Below, one piece after another: positions 53,580 to 62,945 of a stretch of DNA of 64,000 nucleotides; position 1 is the first letter of the stretch; every line of letters starts with the position of its first letter. The DNA comes from Vicinamibacterales bacterium. GTDB taxonomy: Bacteria; Acidobacteriota; Vicinamibacteria; Vicinamibacterales; SCN-69-37. The translations under genes were made by a program, and so were the position numbers. A model generated the notes under the pieces. That model ran no database searches. It had not been told where the DNA came from and was given only the letters and a program-made list of their open reading frames with translations. Location of the stretch: the NCBI GenBank assembly GCA_040902895.1, contig JBBDWL010000081.1:37660-101659 (forward strand), in the 5' to 3' direction.

Positions 53580-54413
53580 CTATATCGCGGCGGGATTCGC
53601 GGATGCTTCATCCGGCCAGATCGGATCGCGTCGCGCGACCCAGCCGGCTGATCCGAGGTGCGCCTGATAGATCGATGCTTGCGCGCCGATCAGCGAAAGC
53701 CTGAGAAGCATGTCGCCCGTCACGAATGCGTAGATGAGCCAGGCGGGCGCCGCGTCCGCTGTCTGCGTGCGCAGCGTGATCCAGAGCAGGAGCAGCAGCC
53801 AGAACGCGGCCTGCACGGCCAGCATCCGGCCGCCGAACGCGCGCAGCATGCGCACCGAGGCGAGCACTGCCCCGATGGCGCTGCGGCGATCCTCGATGAC
53901 GAGGCGCAGGCGCGCGTAGTCGAAGACGATGGCGATGAGGAAGAGGACGATGGCGAGCGCGCCGAACAGCGCGAGGCGCGATGTTTCGGCGAGGCCATCT
54001 GCCTGTGATGCCATCCACGGTTCGATCCAGCGCAGCACAGCGGAGTAGACGAGAAGCGCCAGCAGGCCGAGCCGGATGAGCGGGCCGAAGCATCCGCCGC
54101 AGGCCGCGAAGAAGCGCGCGGCGGAGCTGCGTGTGTCGCGGGCCAGTCGATCGATGATGCCGGCCGAGAGGAACAGCCAGATGAGAAAGAGCAGCGCGAG
54201 CATGGCGCGCTGAGAAGGCGCCAGTGCGTAGGTGTAATAGGCGCTGGCGGAGATATTGAACGGAAATCCGCCGATGCCGAAGTCGGCGGCCGACAGGCGA
54301 TCGCGCAGCACGAGCGCCGGGGCGGGCAGCAGTGTGAATGCCGAGAGCATGAGCGCCATGGGCCAGGCGCGGAGCGCGCGCCGGAATCCGTCGATGAGTG
54401 CCCACGCTTTCAT
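53580..54413 (-). CDS. Integral membrane protein, hypothetical
   Basis: 277 aa with about 6 hydrophobic helices. No family recognised. Confidence 0.5.
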   Translation of the reverse strand: MKAWALIDGFRRALRAWPMALMLSAFTLLPAPALVLRDRLSAADFGIGGFPFNISASAYYTYALAPSQRAMLALLFLIWLFLSAGIIDRLARDTRSSAARFFAACGGCFGPLIRLGLLALLVYSAVLRWIEPWMASQADGLAETSRLALFGALAIVLFLIAIVFDYARLRLVIEDRRSAIGAVLASVRMLRAFGGRMLAVQAAFWLLLLLWITLRTQTADAAPAWLIYAFVTGDMLLRLSLIGAQASIYQAHLGSAGWVARRDPIWPDEASANPAAI

Positions 54414-54473
54414 GAAGCGCTGAGTTTACAATACGGTGTTCATTATCCCGGTCAGGTTCATACAGGAGTATCT

Positions 54474-55475
54474 ATGCCCGTTATCAGAGTATTGCACGTC
54501 GGTCTGGGCCCCATTGGCGCCGCCGTCGTGCGTCAGGTTGCGGCCCGCAAGGGCCTGAAGATCGTCGGCGCCGTCGACATCGATCCCGCGAAGATCGGCC
54601 GCGATCTCGGCGAGGCCACCGGCGCGGGCCGGAAGCTGAACGTGAAGATCGCCGGCGATTTGAAGAAGGCGATCAAGGCCACGAAGCCCGACGTCGCCGT
54701 CTTGTGCACCAGCTCGTCACTGAAGAAGGTGGTGGCGCAGTTCGAAGAGGTGCTGAAGCTGAAGGTGCCGATCGTATCGACGACCGAGGAGCTCGCGTTT
54801 CCGACGCCCGGCAACAACCGCGCGGCGCGGGCGATTCACAAGGCGGCGCTGAAAGGGAAGGCCGCGGTGCTGGGCACGGGCGTGAATCCGGGCTTCACGA
54901 TGGATGCGCTGCCGCTGGCGCTCACGGCCGTCTGCGAGCGCGTGGATTCGATCGAGGTCGATCGCGTGCAGGATGCACGCATCCGGCGCCTGCCGTTTCA
55001 GCAGAAGATTGGCGCCGGGCTCACGAAAGAGCAGTTCCAGACGAAGGTCGAAGACACCTCGGTGCGCCACGTCGGTCTGGCGGAATCGATCTCGATGATC
55101 GCGCACGGCCTTGGATGGAAGCTCGATCGCATCACCGATGAGATCAAGCCGAAGATTGCGGACGCCGCGGTGACGAGCGAGTTCCTCACGGTGGATGCCG
55201 GCAGGGTGTGCGGCATCGTGCAGGACGGCGTCGGCTACCGCAACGGCAAGCCGCTCATCACGCTGCACATGGAGGCGTATCTGGGCGCACCCGAGTCGTA
55301 CGACGCGGTGCGCGTGAAGGGGTCGCCGAACATCAACTCGAAGATCGCGGGCGGTGTGCACGGCGACGTGGCGACGGCATCGATGGTGGTCAATTCGATC
55401 CCGCTGGTGCTCGAAGTCAAGCCGGGCCTGCACACCATGCTCGACATGCCGCTGCCGCATTTTTTTGGCGGGTAG
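54474..55475 (+). CDS. NAD(P)-dependent dehydrogenase of the DapB-N / 2,4-diaminopentanoate dehydrogenase-like family
   Basis: IRVLHVGLGPIGAAVV Rossmann start, GTGVNPGF, and a C-terminal dimerisation-type domain. Confidence 0.65.
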   Translation: MPVIRVLHVGLGPIGAAVVRQVAARKGLKIVGAVDIDPAKIGRDLGEATGAGRKLNVKIAGDLKKAIKATKPDVAVLCTSSSLKKVVAQFEEVLKLKVPIVSTTEELAFPTPGNNRAARAIHKAALKGKAAVLGTGVNPGFTMDALPLALTAVCERVDSIEVDRVQDARIRRLPFQQKIGAGLTKEQFQTKVEDTSVRHVGLAESISMIAHGLGWKLDRITDEIKPKIADAAVTSEFLTVDAGRVCGIVQDGVGYRNGKPLITLHMEAYLGAPESYDAVRVKGSPNINSKIAGGVHGDVATASMVVNSIPLVLEVKPGLHTMLDMPLPHFFGG

Positions 55476-55476
55476 G

Positions 55477-55494
55477 CCGGAGCTCTAGCTCCGG
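55477..55494 (+). terminator. Short GC hairpin after the dehydrogenase gene
   Basis: ccggagct-ct-agctccgg, followed by tattcatt. Weak terminator candidate. Confidence 0.35.
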
Positions 55495-55503
55495 TATTCA
55501 TTA

Positions 55504-56013
55504 ATGAGCCACGCCGATCGCATCGACGGTATCGTCTCCCGCTTCGAGGCGGCGATGGATCGCTTTCAGGCGCGGCTCGAGAGCGCGGATGCCGCGGCCG
55601 CCGAGCGCGTGCCGGCCGATGGCGGCTGGAGCCTCGCGCAGGTGGCGTGGCATGTCGCGGCGGTGAACCGTTCCTTCACGTCGATTCTGGACGGATCCTT
55701 CGCGATCGCGAAACCAGCGGATACTGATTTCATGGAGCGTACCTGGGAGGAGATCGGCGCCGGCATTCCGGAGAAGGCCCAGGCCCCGTCGCGCGTGCAG
55801 GCGCCGGCTGGCGTGAAGCGGGATGACGTTCTGACGCAACTCGCCACTTCACGCGAGCGTCTCATCGCCGCGATGCGCGCCCTCGACGCCGATCGTGCCC
55901 TGCTCACGATCGACGCGCCGCTTGTCGGCCGCATCTCGCTGTACCAGGTGGGCGAGTGGGCCGAGGTGCATGTCATCCGGCACAACAAGCAGATGAAGAG
56001 GCTGCTGGCATAA
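55504..56013 (+). CDS. DinB-family protein
   Basis: WSLAQVAWHVAAVN ... EWAEVHVIRHNKQMKRLL. Four-helix DinB_2 pattern with His ligands. Confidence 0.75.
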   Translation: MSHADRIDGIVSRFEAAMDRFQARLESADAAAAERVPADGGWSLAQVAWHVAAVNRSFTSILDGSFAIAKPADTDFMERTWEEIGAGIPEKAQAPSRVQAPAGVKRDDVLTQLATSRERLIAAMRALDADRALLTIDAPLVGRISLYQVGEWAEVHVIRHNKQMKRLLA

Positions 56014-56028
56014 AAGGACGGCCGGCGC

Positions 56029-56259
56029 ATGTTCCCGATGACAGCAGAAACATTGCCCTTCATCTGCCGCGAATGTAACGCGCGGTTCCAGCCGGCAGAG
56101 GGAGGGCTCTGTTCGCGGTGCAATCGCATCCTCTGCTGGCGGCACATCAGACTCGGCCGGAAAGAGCCGATTTGCGTTCGGTGCCGCGATCAATATCCTG
56201 AGGATCGAGCGCCGCTCGTCCGGGAGCTGTTCGACTGGCTGAGGCGCGTGTTCGGCTGA
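56029..56259 (+). CDS. Small double CxxC zinc-ribbon-like protein
   Basis: 76 aa with CRECN...CSRCN...CVRC. Confidence 0.45.
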   Translation: MFPMTAETLPFICRECNARFQPAEGGLCSRCNRILCWRHIRLGRKEPICVRCRDQYPEDRAPLVRELFDWLRRVFG

Positions 56260-56272
56260 GTGCATCCCTGAA

Positions 56273-57001
56273 ATGAAACTGTGCGCGGCGCAGACGAGGC
56301 CTGTCAGGGGTGACATCGGCGCGAACATCGCCGCCCACAAAGAGTTCATCGACGCCGCGGTTTCGAGCGGTGCAGACCTCATCGTGTTCCCGGAGCTGTC
56401 GCTGACCGGATACGAGCCAACGCTTGCCGGCGCGCTCGCGACGGACCCTGCCGACTCTCGCTTCGATCTGTTTCAAACGATCAGCAATGCTGGCGATATT
56501 ACGATTGGCGTCGGCATGCCGACCCGACACGCCGACGGCTGCTGCGTCACCATGCTTCTGTTCCAGCCTGGCAAGCCGAGGCTGGTTTATTCGAAGCGGT
56601 ATCTGCACGCCGACGAGGAGCCGTATTTCGTGAGCGGCCCCAATGTCGCCTGCGTGAACGTAAAAGACGCCATCGTTGCGCCCGCGATTTGCTATGAGGT
56701 GTCTGTCGCGGAGCACTCGGAGAATGCTTCCCGGCACGGCGCAGGGATTTATGTGGCCAGCGTGGCGAAAACGGCCGCGGGCATCGAGGTGACATTGCCA
56801 ACGCTTGCCGGCATCGCTCGCAAGCATGCGATGACGACGATGATGGCGAACTGCGTGGGTGAGTGCGACGGCTGTCAGTGCACGGGCAGGACGTCGATCT
56901 GGAATGACCGGGGCACGCTCATGGGCCAGCTCAGTGACAGGGACACTGGGCTTTTGATTTTCGATACGGCAAGCCAGGAACTGATCGAGAGACGCCTGTG
57001 A
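56273..57001 (+). CDS. Carbon-nitrogen hydrolase (nitrilase superfamily)
   Basis: Catalytic Glu in VFPELSLTGY, Lys in YSKRYLH, and Cys in APAICYE. Confidence 0.8.
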   Translation: MKLCAAQTRPVRGDIGANIAAHKEFIDAAVSSGADLIVFPELSLTGYEPTLAGALATDPADSRFDLFQTISNAGDITIGVGMPTRHADGCCVTMLLFQPGKPRLVYSKRYLHADEEPYFVSGPNVACVNVKDAIVAPAICYEVSVAEHSENASRHGAGIYVASVAKTAAGIEVTLPTLAGIARKHAMTTMMANCVGECDGCQCTGRTSIWNDRGTLMGQLSDRDTGLLIFDTASQELIERRL

Positions 57002-57534
57002 CCGAGCAGGACATTCTTCAGGCCTTGGATCGCGCCGTGCGCCGTTCGCTCGGCCGCGATGAGATTCAGAACGCCATTCGTGAGATGGGCCGTCGCCTGG
57101 CGAGCGACGCCGATCTCCGCATTGCGTGGCAGGCGCTCCCGCTCGGCATCTACGACGATCTGCCGGCCGGCGTGCGCTCCAGTTGGGTCTTCGCCCTGCG
57201 CGCGGGATTGACGACCGGCGCCGAGCGCCATCCGAACAGCCATCAGCGGGTGATGTCCGTCATCGGATCCGCCGACCTGCAAATCTGGGATGGCACACGC
57301 TGGCAGCCGCATCGCCTCACCAGCCGCGAAGATGGCGCGCTTGCGGACCGCTGGCTCTCCATTCCTCCACACACCTGGCACCGCCCGGTCATCGATCCTC
57401 TCGAAGACTGGTACGTCGTCTCATTTCATACGGCCGAAGCCGATGAACTGATCGAGGAGCGGGCGCGTGACGATGAGCATCCGGATGCCGGCGCGAGCCG
57501 CGCCGAGTTGTACGCTGGACGCCTGGCGCGCTGA
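56998..57534 (+). CDS. Hypothetical protein (possibly cupin-like)
   Basis: 178 aa. GTGA overlap with the nitrilase-family gene. HPNSHQRV...HTWHRP His-rich blocks. No firm family. Confidence 0.4.
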   Translation: MTEQDILQALDRAVRRSLGRDEIQNAIREMGRRLASDADLRIAWQALPLGIYDDLPAGVRSSWVFALRAGLTTGAERHPNSHQRVMSVIGSADLQIWDGTRWQPHRLTSREDGALADRWLSIPPHTWHRPVIDPLEDWYVVSFHTAEADELIEERARDDEHPDAGASRAELYAGRLAR

Positions 57535-57543
57535 CGGCGAAGG

Positions 57544-60441
57544 CTAGACAGGCTTCGAGGGAGGTTCGCCGTCAGACGTCCAGCGGCGCCGCTTGAGGAA
57601 GAGTCCTTTGCGCGAGATGCCGAGCAGTCGCGCGGCCTCTTCAATCTTGCCGTCAGCGCGGGCCATGGCGTGTTCGATCATCGCGCGCTCGAGGACTGCG
57701 ACCGCTTCGGGCAGCGGCTGATCGAGCTTCAGGGTTAGGTCGGCGGTTGCGGGAGTTTCGGTCTCGGCTTCGGGCTCCGGCGGCGGCGCGGCATCGGGAT
57801 CGACTTCAATGGTGCGCCGCGTCGCACGAATGGCCGGCGACAGATGATCGGGCGTGAGGGTCTCGTTGCTGCCTACCATTGCAACCATCCGCCGCAGCTC
57901 GTTCGACAGCTGCCGCACGTTGCCGGGCCACTTGTAGAGCAGCAGGTATTCCATCATCTCGTCGCTCAACTTGATTCCGTGTTTCTTCTCGTCCATCTCG
58001 AAGCGGCGAAGCAGGTGCATCACCAGCGGCGGAATCTCTTCGCGCCGTTCCGACAGCTGCGGCATCTGGAAGCGGACGATGTTGAGGCGATAGTAGAGGT
58101 CTTCGCGGAACTCTTTCAGCTGGATTAGATCTTCGAGGTCGGCGTTGGTTGCGGCAATGATGCGGACGTCGACTTTGATCGGACGCCCTTCGCCGAGCGG
58201 GTGCACTTCGTTCGTCTCGAGGAACCGCAGCAACTTTGGCTGGAGATCCATCGACAGCTCGCCGATCTCGTCGAGAAAGATCGTTCCGCCCTCGGCCGAT
58301 CGGATGATGCCCGGAAAATCGACATGCGCGCCGGTGAACGAGCCGCGCCGATAGCCAAACAACTGACTTTCGACCATATCGCGCGGCACGGCGCTGCAGT
58401 TGAACGGCAGAAACACCTGGTTCGCGCGCGGGCTCGCGCGGTGAATCGCTCTCGCGACGACTTCCTTGCCTGTGCCCGTAGCTCCCATCAGCAGCACCGG
58501 CAGGGTAGTGACGGCCACCTTCCGCGCCGTCTGCATCAGTTCGATCATCTGCGGCGAGGTGAACACCGCGTCCGGTTCTTCGACGATGATCTCGGGCTGC
58601 CAAAGTGAGCCGATGCGTTGCTGATCTTTCTGGTGTGCCTCGAGCGCCTTTGCGGCTTCGAGGAGGCGGCGGATGCCAGCGACGGCGAAGAGCGAACGGA
58701 GGTCCTGCTTGGGACGAAGAATCAACTCGATATTGCGATGTTCGACTTTGCCAATGTCAATTCTTTCGAGCGGTGAGTCCTTGAGCAGTGTTTCCGTCAA
58801 AGGTTTTGAAAGACTGGAAGCAATGACTCGTGTCCCAGAATCGCCGCGAGAAATCAGGTCGGCGCTGACAGAGATATCCAGAGCGATGCAAGCTGCGAGA
58901 GCTTCTCTACCTCGGAGTTCAGGGTCGGCCCTAGTTACGAGAATCCCGACAGCGTCATCGAATCCATCCAGAGGGTCCCTTCCTGCCTCAGAAACGACAG
59001 GCGCTTGCTCGTACCACGTCGGCCGCTCGTCTGCCATGAGCGCGATGAATTTAGATCCAGCACGCTTGCTTTGCTCCTCGAGTGAATGGGCAGCATCGAG
59101 AGGATCTTGACTCTCCGAGGATTCAAGTTCCCTAAGTACATCAGTCAGTGCAAGAGGGTTACCTCTCAAGAGAGCACAACTAAATGACCGAAGCAGCATT
59201 CGACGAGCACTGTTCTTGTGTCCTCGGACCCATAAGCTGCGCGCCATCATCCGGCTTAACTGGGCAAGATAGACCGGATGGGTGAGTGCGCGTCCTAGGC
59301 ACTCAGCCGTTTTTTGTTCTGCAGCGGGATAGCAGCGATCGTCGAATAGAGCTTCAGCCTCAGCTAGATTCGCCAATAAGGGGGAGTGCTGATCGTTCAA
59401 CGGTTGACCCGTAACCCGAATCAAATCCAGTACATTCTGAAACTGGTCTCGGTCGCCCGTTCTCTTGTGAATCTCCAACTCTGTGAAGAGAGTCAGGATT
59501 TCGTTAGGCCTTGCCCACTTTGGGTCTCGAGATCTAAAAAACGATCTGGCCTGCTGAAGATGGCTTGCGGCCGCTTTCAAATCGCCTTGGATGAGTGCGA
59601 GGGTGGCGAAGTTGTCAAGGAGACCCACTTCGACAATTCCCAAGGTTTGCGCCGCGCTCCAGGCCTTCCGTGCCCACGACTCTGCAATCGACAAGTCACC
59701 TGAGGAGAGCGCCGAGTAAGAAACAGTTGCAGCAGCGGCCATCACTAACTGCAGATGGCCCGCTTGTTGAGCAAGGCCTGCCGCTACCTCACCACTCTTT
59801 CGGGCCGCATGGAACGCCCCAGTCATAGCAAGGACGCAAGCGTGGTTGACGTGGTAAAGGGCAGCCAGAGAAGTGTGCGGGTACCGCTCCAACAGCGACT
59901 TGGCCAGTGACAAATGGTGCAGAGACTGCCCAAAGGCTCCCCGCTCGCCCTCAATTCGCGCCAATCGCACATGAAAGCCGGCTATGGCTGTACCGTCCGC
60001 AGAACGTACTGCTGCCTGATAAGCCTCTCGGACAGCTGAACCGAGGCCAGGCCCAAGGGTTTCACTCGCAGCTGTTAGCCAAACTTGTTGCAAGCTTGCC
60101 AGAATCGCAGCGTCCGCTGAGCGGGAGGCCGCTCTTATGCCCTTGCGGAGTGCCTCGGCTGCCTCCTCCCTGCGCACTTGGGTGATCCTGACTCGTCCAA
60201 TCACTTGCCAGTAGCGCGCCGCGTATTCTGCGGTCGCAGGCTTGCCAACTGCGACCTCTGCGAGCGCCGATGCCTTCTCTAGCTCTCCTTTGAATTGAAG
60301 GCACTCGCATACCAAGCAGTCGCGTTCATCGGACTCTTTCTTACTCTGAACAGTCGTGGCCTGAGCTAATCGCAGAGCGTCGGCAAAGCGACCATGACGA
60401 TATGCAACTTTGGCGAGGGTTAAAGAGCTGTCAGCCATCAT
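57544..60441 (-). CDS. Sigma-54-dependent transcriptional activator (bEBP) with ~590-aa helical-repeat/alpha-beta sensor N-terminus
   Basis: Walker A GATGTGKE, GSFTGA (GAFTGA variant), Walker B IFLDEIGE, RIIAATN, WPGNVRQL, and a Fis-type HTH AARLLGISRKGLFLKRRR. Confidence 0.85.
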   Translation of the reverse strand: MMADSSLTLAKVAYRHGRFADALRLAQATTVQSKKESDERDCLVCECLQFKGELEKASALAEVAVGKPATAEYAARYWQVIGRVRITQVRREEAAEALRKGIRAASRSADAAILASLQQVWLTAASETLGPGLGSAVREAYQAAVRSADGTAIAGFHVRLARIEGERGAFGQSLHHLSLAKSLLERYPHTSLAALYHVNHACVLAMTGAFHAARKSGEVAAGLAQQAGHLQLVMAAAATVSYSALSSGDLSIAESWARKAWSAAQTLGIVEVGLLDNFATLALIQGDLKAAASHLQQARSFFRSRDPKWARPNEILTLFTELEIHKRTGDRDQFQNVLDLIRVTGQPLNDQHSPLLANLAEAEALFDDRCYPAAEQKTAECLGRALTHPVYLAQLSRMMARSLWVRGHKNSARRMLLRSFSCALLRGNPLALTDVLRELESSESQDPLDAAHSLEEQSKRAGSKFIALMADERPTWYEQAPVVSEAGRDPLDGFDDAVGILVTRADPELRGREALAACIALDISVSADLISRGDSGTRVIASSLSKPLTETLLKDSPLERIDIGKVEHRNIELILRPKQDLRSLFAVAGIRRLLEAAKALEAHQKDQQRIGSLWQPEIIVEEPDAVFTSPQMIELMQTARKVAVTTLPVLLMGATGTGKEVVARAIHRASPRANQVFLPFNCSAVPRDMVESQLFGYRRGSFTGAHVDFPGIIRSAEGGTIFLDEIGELSMDLQPKLLRFLETNEVHPLGEGRPIKVDVRIIAATNADLEDLIQLKEFREDLYYRLNIVRFQMPQLSERREEIPPLVMHLLRRFEMDEKKHGIKLSDEMMEYLLLYKWPGNVRQLSNELRRMVAMVGSNETLTPDHLSPAIRATRRTIEVDPDAAPPPEPEAETETPATADLTLKLDQPLPEAVAVLERAMIEHAMARADGKIEEAARLLGISRKGLFLKRRRWTSDGEPPSKPV

Positions 60442-60479
60442 AGGCCTTACGTTCGCAGTAGTGAATTGACAGGGCGCGA

Positions 60480-60495
60480 AGCAAGTCGAGTGCCG
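60480..60495 (-). promoter_or_regulatory. Sigma-54 (-24/-12) promoter upstream of the sigma-54 activator gene
   Basis: The minus strand reads cGGCACtcgacTTGCTt, against the consensus TGGCAC-N5-TTGCW. About 28 nt of leader with AAGG before ATG 60441. Confidence 0.7.
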
Positions 60496-60533
60496 CTCCG
60501 AAGCATTGTCTGAATATTTGGATGATTCTGATA

Positions 60534-60548
60534 TTGCAGAAGCTGCAA
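60534..60548. promoter_or_regulatory. Perfect dyad TTGCAG-aag-CTGCAA, candidate activator binding site
   Basis: Read directly. Its centre is about 47 nt upstream of the -24 GG. Confidence 0.45.
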
Positions 60549-60555
60549 CCTCGCG

Positions 60556-62841
60556 CTAGTGAACCCTATTAACCTGATTTGTCCTGGGCGATAACCTTTG
60601 GCGACATGCGTAAAGCAAGTGCTCCAAATTTGTCCCGTCCTTCGGGGTGACCGCTACCGCCACGTTTGAGCCTGTCTCAAGAAGACCGGAGCCTAAAAGT
60701 GTGCTGCGGAGTCCCTCGGCAATCGTTTCTATAGAGTCGATTCCGGAGTGCCCTATTCCTATGAAGATATCGCTCCCGTGAACAATTTGCGTTAGCGCAT
60801 GATTTCCAAGATGCCTGCGTACCACTGCCAATGCGATTCCGACTGATTCACTTCCGGCACTTGTGCTGGGCGCGCAGCGGCATGCGATCATTCCCTGGGG
60901 GGTGAGGTCCAGACCATCCGACGTTGGCAGATGAACCGGTGATCCACCGCTCCTTGGCCTAAGACGCTCAAGAACAGGCGTGACGTGGCGGACTACCGCT
61001 TCCACGAGTCTTTGATCCTCTGTGCGGAAGCCCGCATCATCAGGAGAAAAGGCCGCAACTATCCCGAGTTGACCTGTCTCGGCTGAAACCGGGACAGTGA
61101 GGCAACTTTTGAGTGGTGTCGGGAAACTACGTGCCATCTCTCCGAACTCTCCGGTCGCATCGGCGTTGAGGACGGAGCGTCCTGACGAAGCGCTCCAGCC
61201 GACGATTCGTTCTCCCATCCTGACCTTGCGTCCCTTTAACCAATCAGTATGACTCCCGATCGCATTCGTGACTTCCAACTCGGTTCCATCTTCGATAGGG
61301 GAATAGAAAGCAACGACAGTCGCTGGAATTAGGTTGGATATCTCCTCAACGACATCATCCAAAGCTGCTGAATAGGATTGCTCCGCCGCCAGCCGCTGAA
61401 TTAGGCGATACATTGTTCTGGATTCACCTGCACTAGCGCTAATTGCTGCCAATTTTGGGAACGAGGTCTGCGGCTTGGCCAAGACCAGATTCTTGGATGA
61501 ATTCTCCAGCGGCTTTCCTGACTCTTCCTCGCGTTTCAAGCGCTGATATAGCCCGAAGAAAGCGTCAACTATCAAAGGATCGTACATGGTTCCGCGACGG
61601 TCTCTAAGAACGTGAAGGGCGTCCTCGTCAGTCAGCCTGGGCCTGTATGGTCGATCTGAAGTCAGGGCGTCGAAACAATCCACTACTGATAGAACTCGGG
61701 CACCAATCGGGATATCTGCGCCTCGTAATCCACCAGGGTACCCACTCCCGTCCCAACTCTCGTGGTGATGTCGGACGATGGGAACGACGGGATAAGGAAA
61801 GTCGATTGACGACAAAATGTCAGCGCCCACCGCGGCATGCTGTTTCATTCTTTCGAACTCTGCAGGAGTGAGCGGTCCTGGCTTGTTCAAAATATATTCA
61901 GGAACCGCCAGCTTGCCCATGTCATGCAGTAGGGACGCAGCGCCGATTGCTCTGATCTGCGAATCGTCGATAACTCCTATTTCACGAGCCAAAGCGACCG
62001 CATACGTTTGAACCCTTCTGATATGCCCATGCGTTATTTGGTCTTTGGCATCGATTGCCATTGCCAAAGTCTCAATCGTGGAGAGGTACAGACTGTTAAG
62101 TTGATCGACATGTTTGTTGGCATCTTCTATCCGTGCCATGGAGGACTTGTAAGTAACGTAGGAGATGGCCAGGAGCGGTAGCACAATCCAAATCGCCCGC
62201 AAAGCGCTCGCACCGTCTCTCCCGCCGAAGCTGACCAACAGGGACGCCATCGACGCGCCGCTGAAATAATTTAGCCAAAGCCAGGCGAAGTTCTTTTTCC
62301 AGACTTGAATGGCAGACACTTTCTGTTCAAGAGCGATGGCTGCGGCAATGAGGAAGGTGTTGGCCAAAAAGTACGTGGTTGCGAAGGCGCAGAGCGGCAC
62401 CAAGATCTGGGTGACCTGAAAGTCCACCGCATTTATCGGCGGCGCACCCACACCGTGATAAACCAAGGAACCCAGCCAGACGGAAAGGGCCGGTGTAGCG
62501 GCGTTGAAGATCACTCGGTAGGCAGGCTGGCGTCGTCTCTGCAGCCACAGAGAGATGACCAATCCATCCAAAGCCGCGAGCACGATCCCAGCGGCTGGCC
62601 CGAAGAGAATGAAAGCGGAAAATACAAACACTTCGGAGATCGAAAGCGTCGCTGTAACGGAGGGAATCTTGACAGTAATCGAACTCGTTAGAAGAGTCAG
62701 TCCAACGAGTACGAACCATCTTTCGTCAACGTCGTACGTGATGAGTTGGTAGATTGACGAAACCAACACACCACCGCCCACAGCCGCGACGGCAGTGACA
62801 TACCAACGGGCTGCGGGCGAGAGCGACGTGAATGGCGACAT
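60556..62841 (-). CDS. Multi-pass membrane HD-GYP phosphodiesterase with GAF and degenerate GGDEF-like C-terminus
   Basis: About 7 TM helices in aa 10-235. HD-GYP motifs LLHDMGK and HHESWDGSGYPGGL. GAF-like VVAFYSPIEDG...IVGWSA...LTVPV. Tail GSDIFIGIG...AVAVTP...LLYACRQR resembles GGDEF with the signature lost. Confidence 0.8.
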   Translation of the reverse strand: MSPFTSLSPAARWYVTAVAAVGGGVLVSSIYQLITYDVDERWFVLVGLTLLTSSITVKIPSVTATLSISEVFVFSAFILFGPAAGIVLAALDGLVISLWLQRRRQPAYRVIFNAATPALSVWLGSLVYHGVGAPPINAVDFQVTQILVPLCAFATTYFLANTFLIAAAIALEQKVSAIQVWKKNFAWLWLNYFSGASMASLLVSFGGRDGASALRAIWIVLPLLAISYVTYKSSMARIEDANKHVDQLNSLYLSTIETLAMAIDAKDQITHGHIRRVQTYAVALAREIGVIDDSQIRAIGAASLLHDMGKLAVPEYILNKPGPLTPAEFERMKQHAAVGADILSSIDFPYPVVPIVRHHHESWDGSGYPGGLRGADIPIGARVLSVVDCFDALTSDRPYRPRLTDEDALHVLRDRRGTMYDPLIVDAFFGLYQRLKREEESGKPLENSSKNLVLAKPQTSFPKLAAISASAGESRTMYRLIQRLAAEQSYSAALDDVVEEISNLIPATVVAFYSPIEDGTELEVTNAIGSHTDWLKGRKVRMGERIVGWSASSGRSVLNADATGEFGEMARSFPTPLKSCLTVPVSAETGQLGIVAAFSPDDAGFRTEDQRLVEAVVRHVTPVLERLRPRSGGSPVHLPTSDGLDLTPQGMIACRCAPSTSAGSESVGIALAVVRRHLGNHALTQIVHGSDIFIGIGHSGIDSIETIAEGLRSTLLGSGLLETGSNVAVAVTPKDGTNLEHLLYACRQRLSPRTNQVNRVH

Positions 62842-62945
62842 TCGAATTGGGAATGGAGACTACACCACCTCCCCTATCGCTGCGAACTCTAGCTACCCCA
62901 GACGATGACTTTGGACATGATCTCAAGCCTTTCGAAGTGTTAGGA

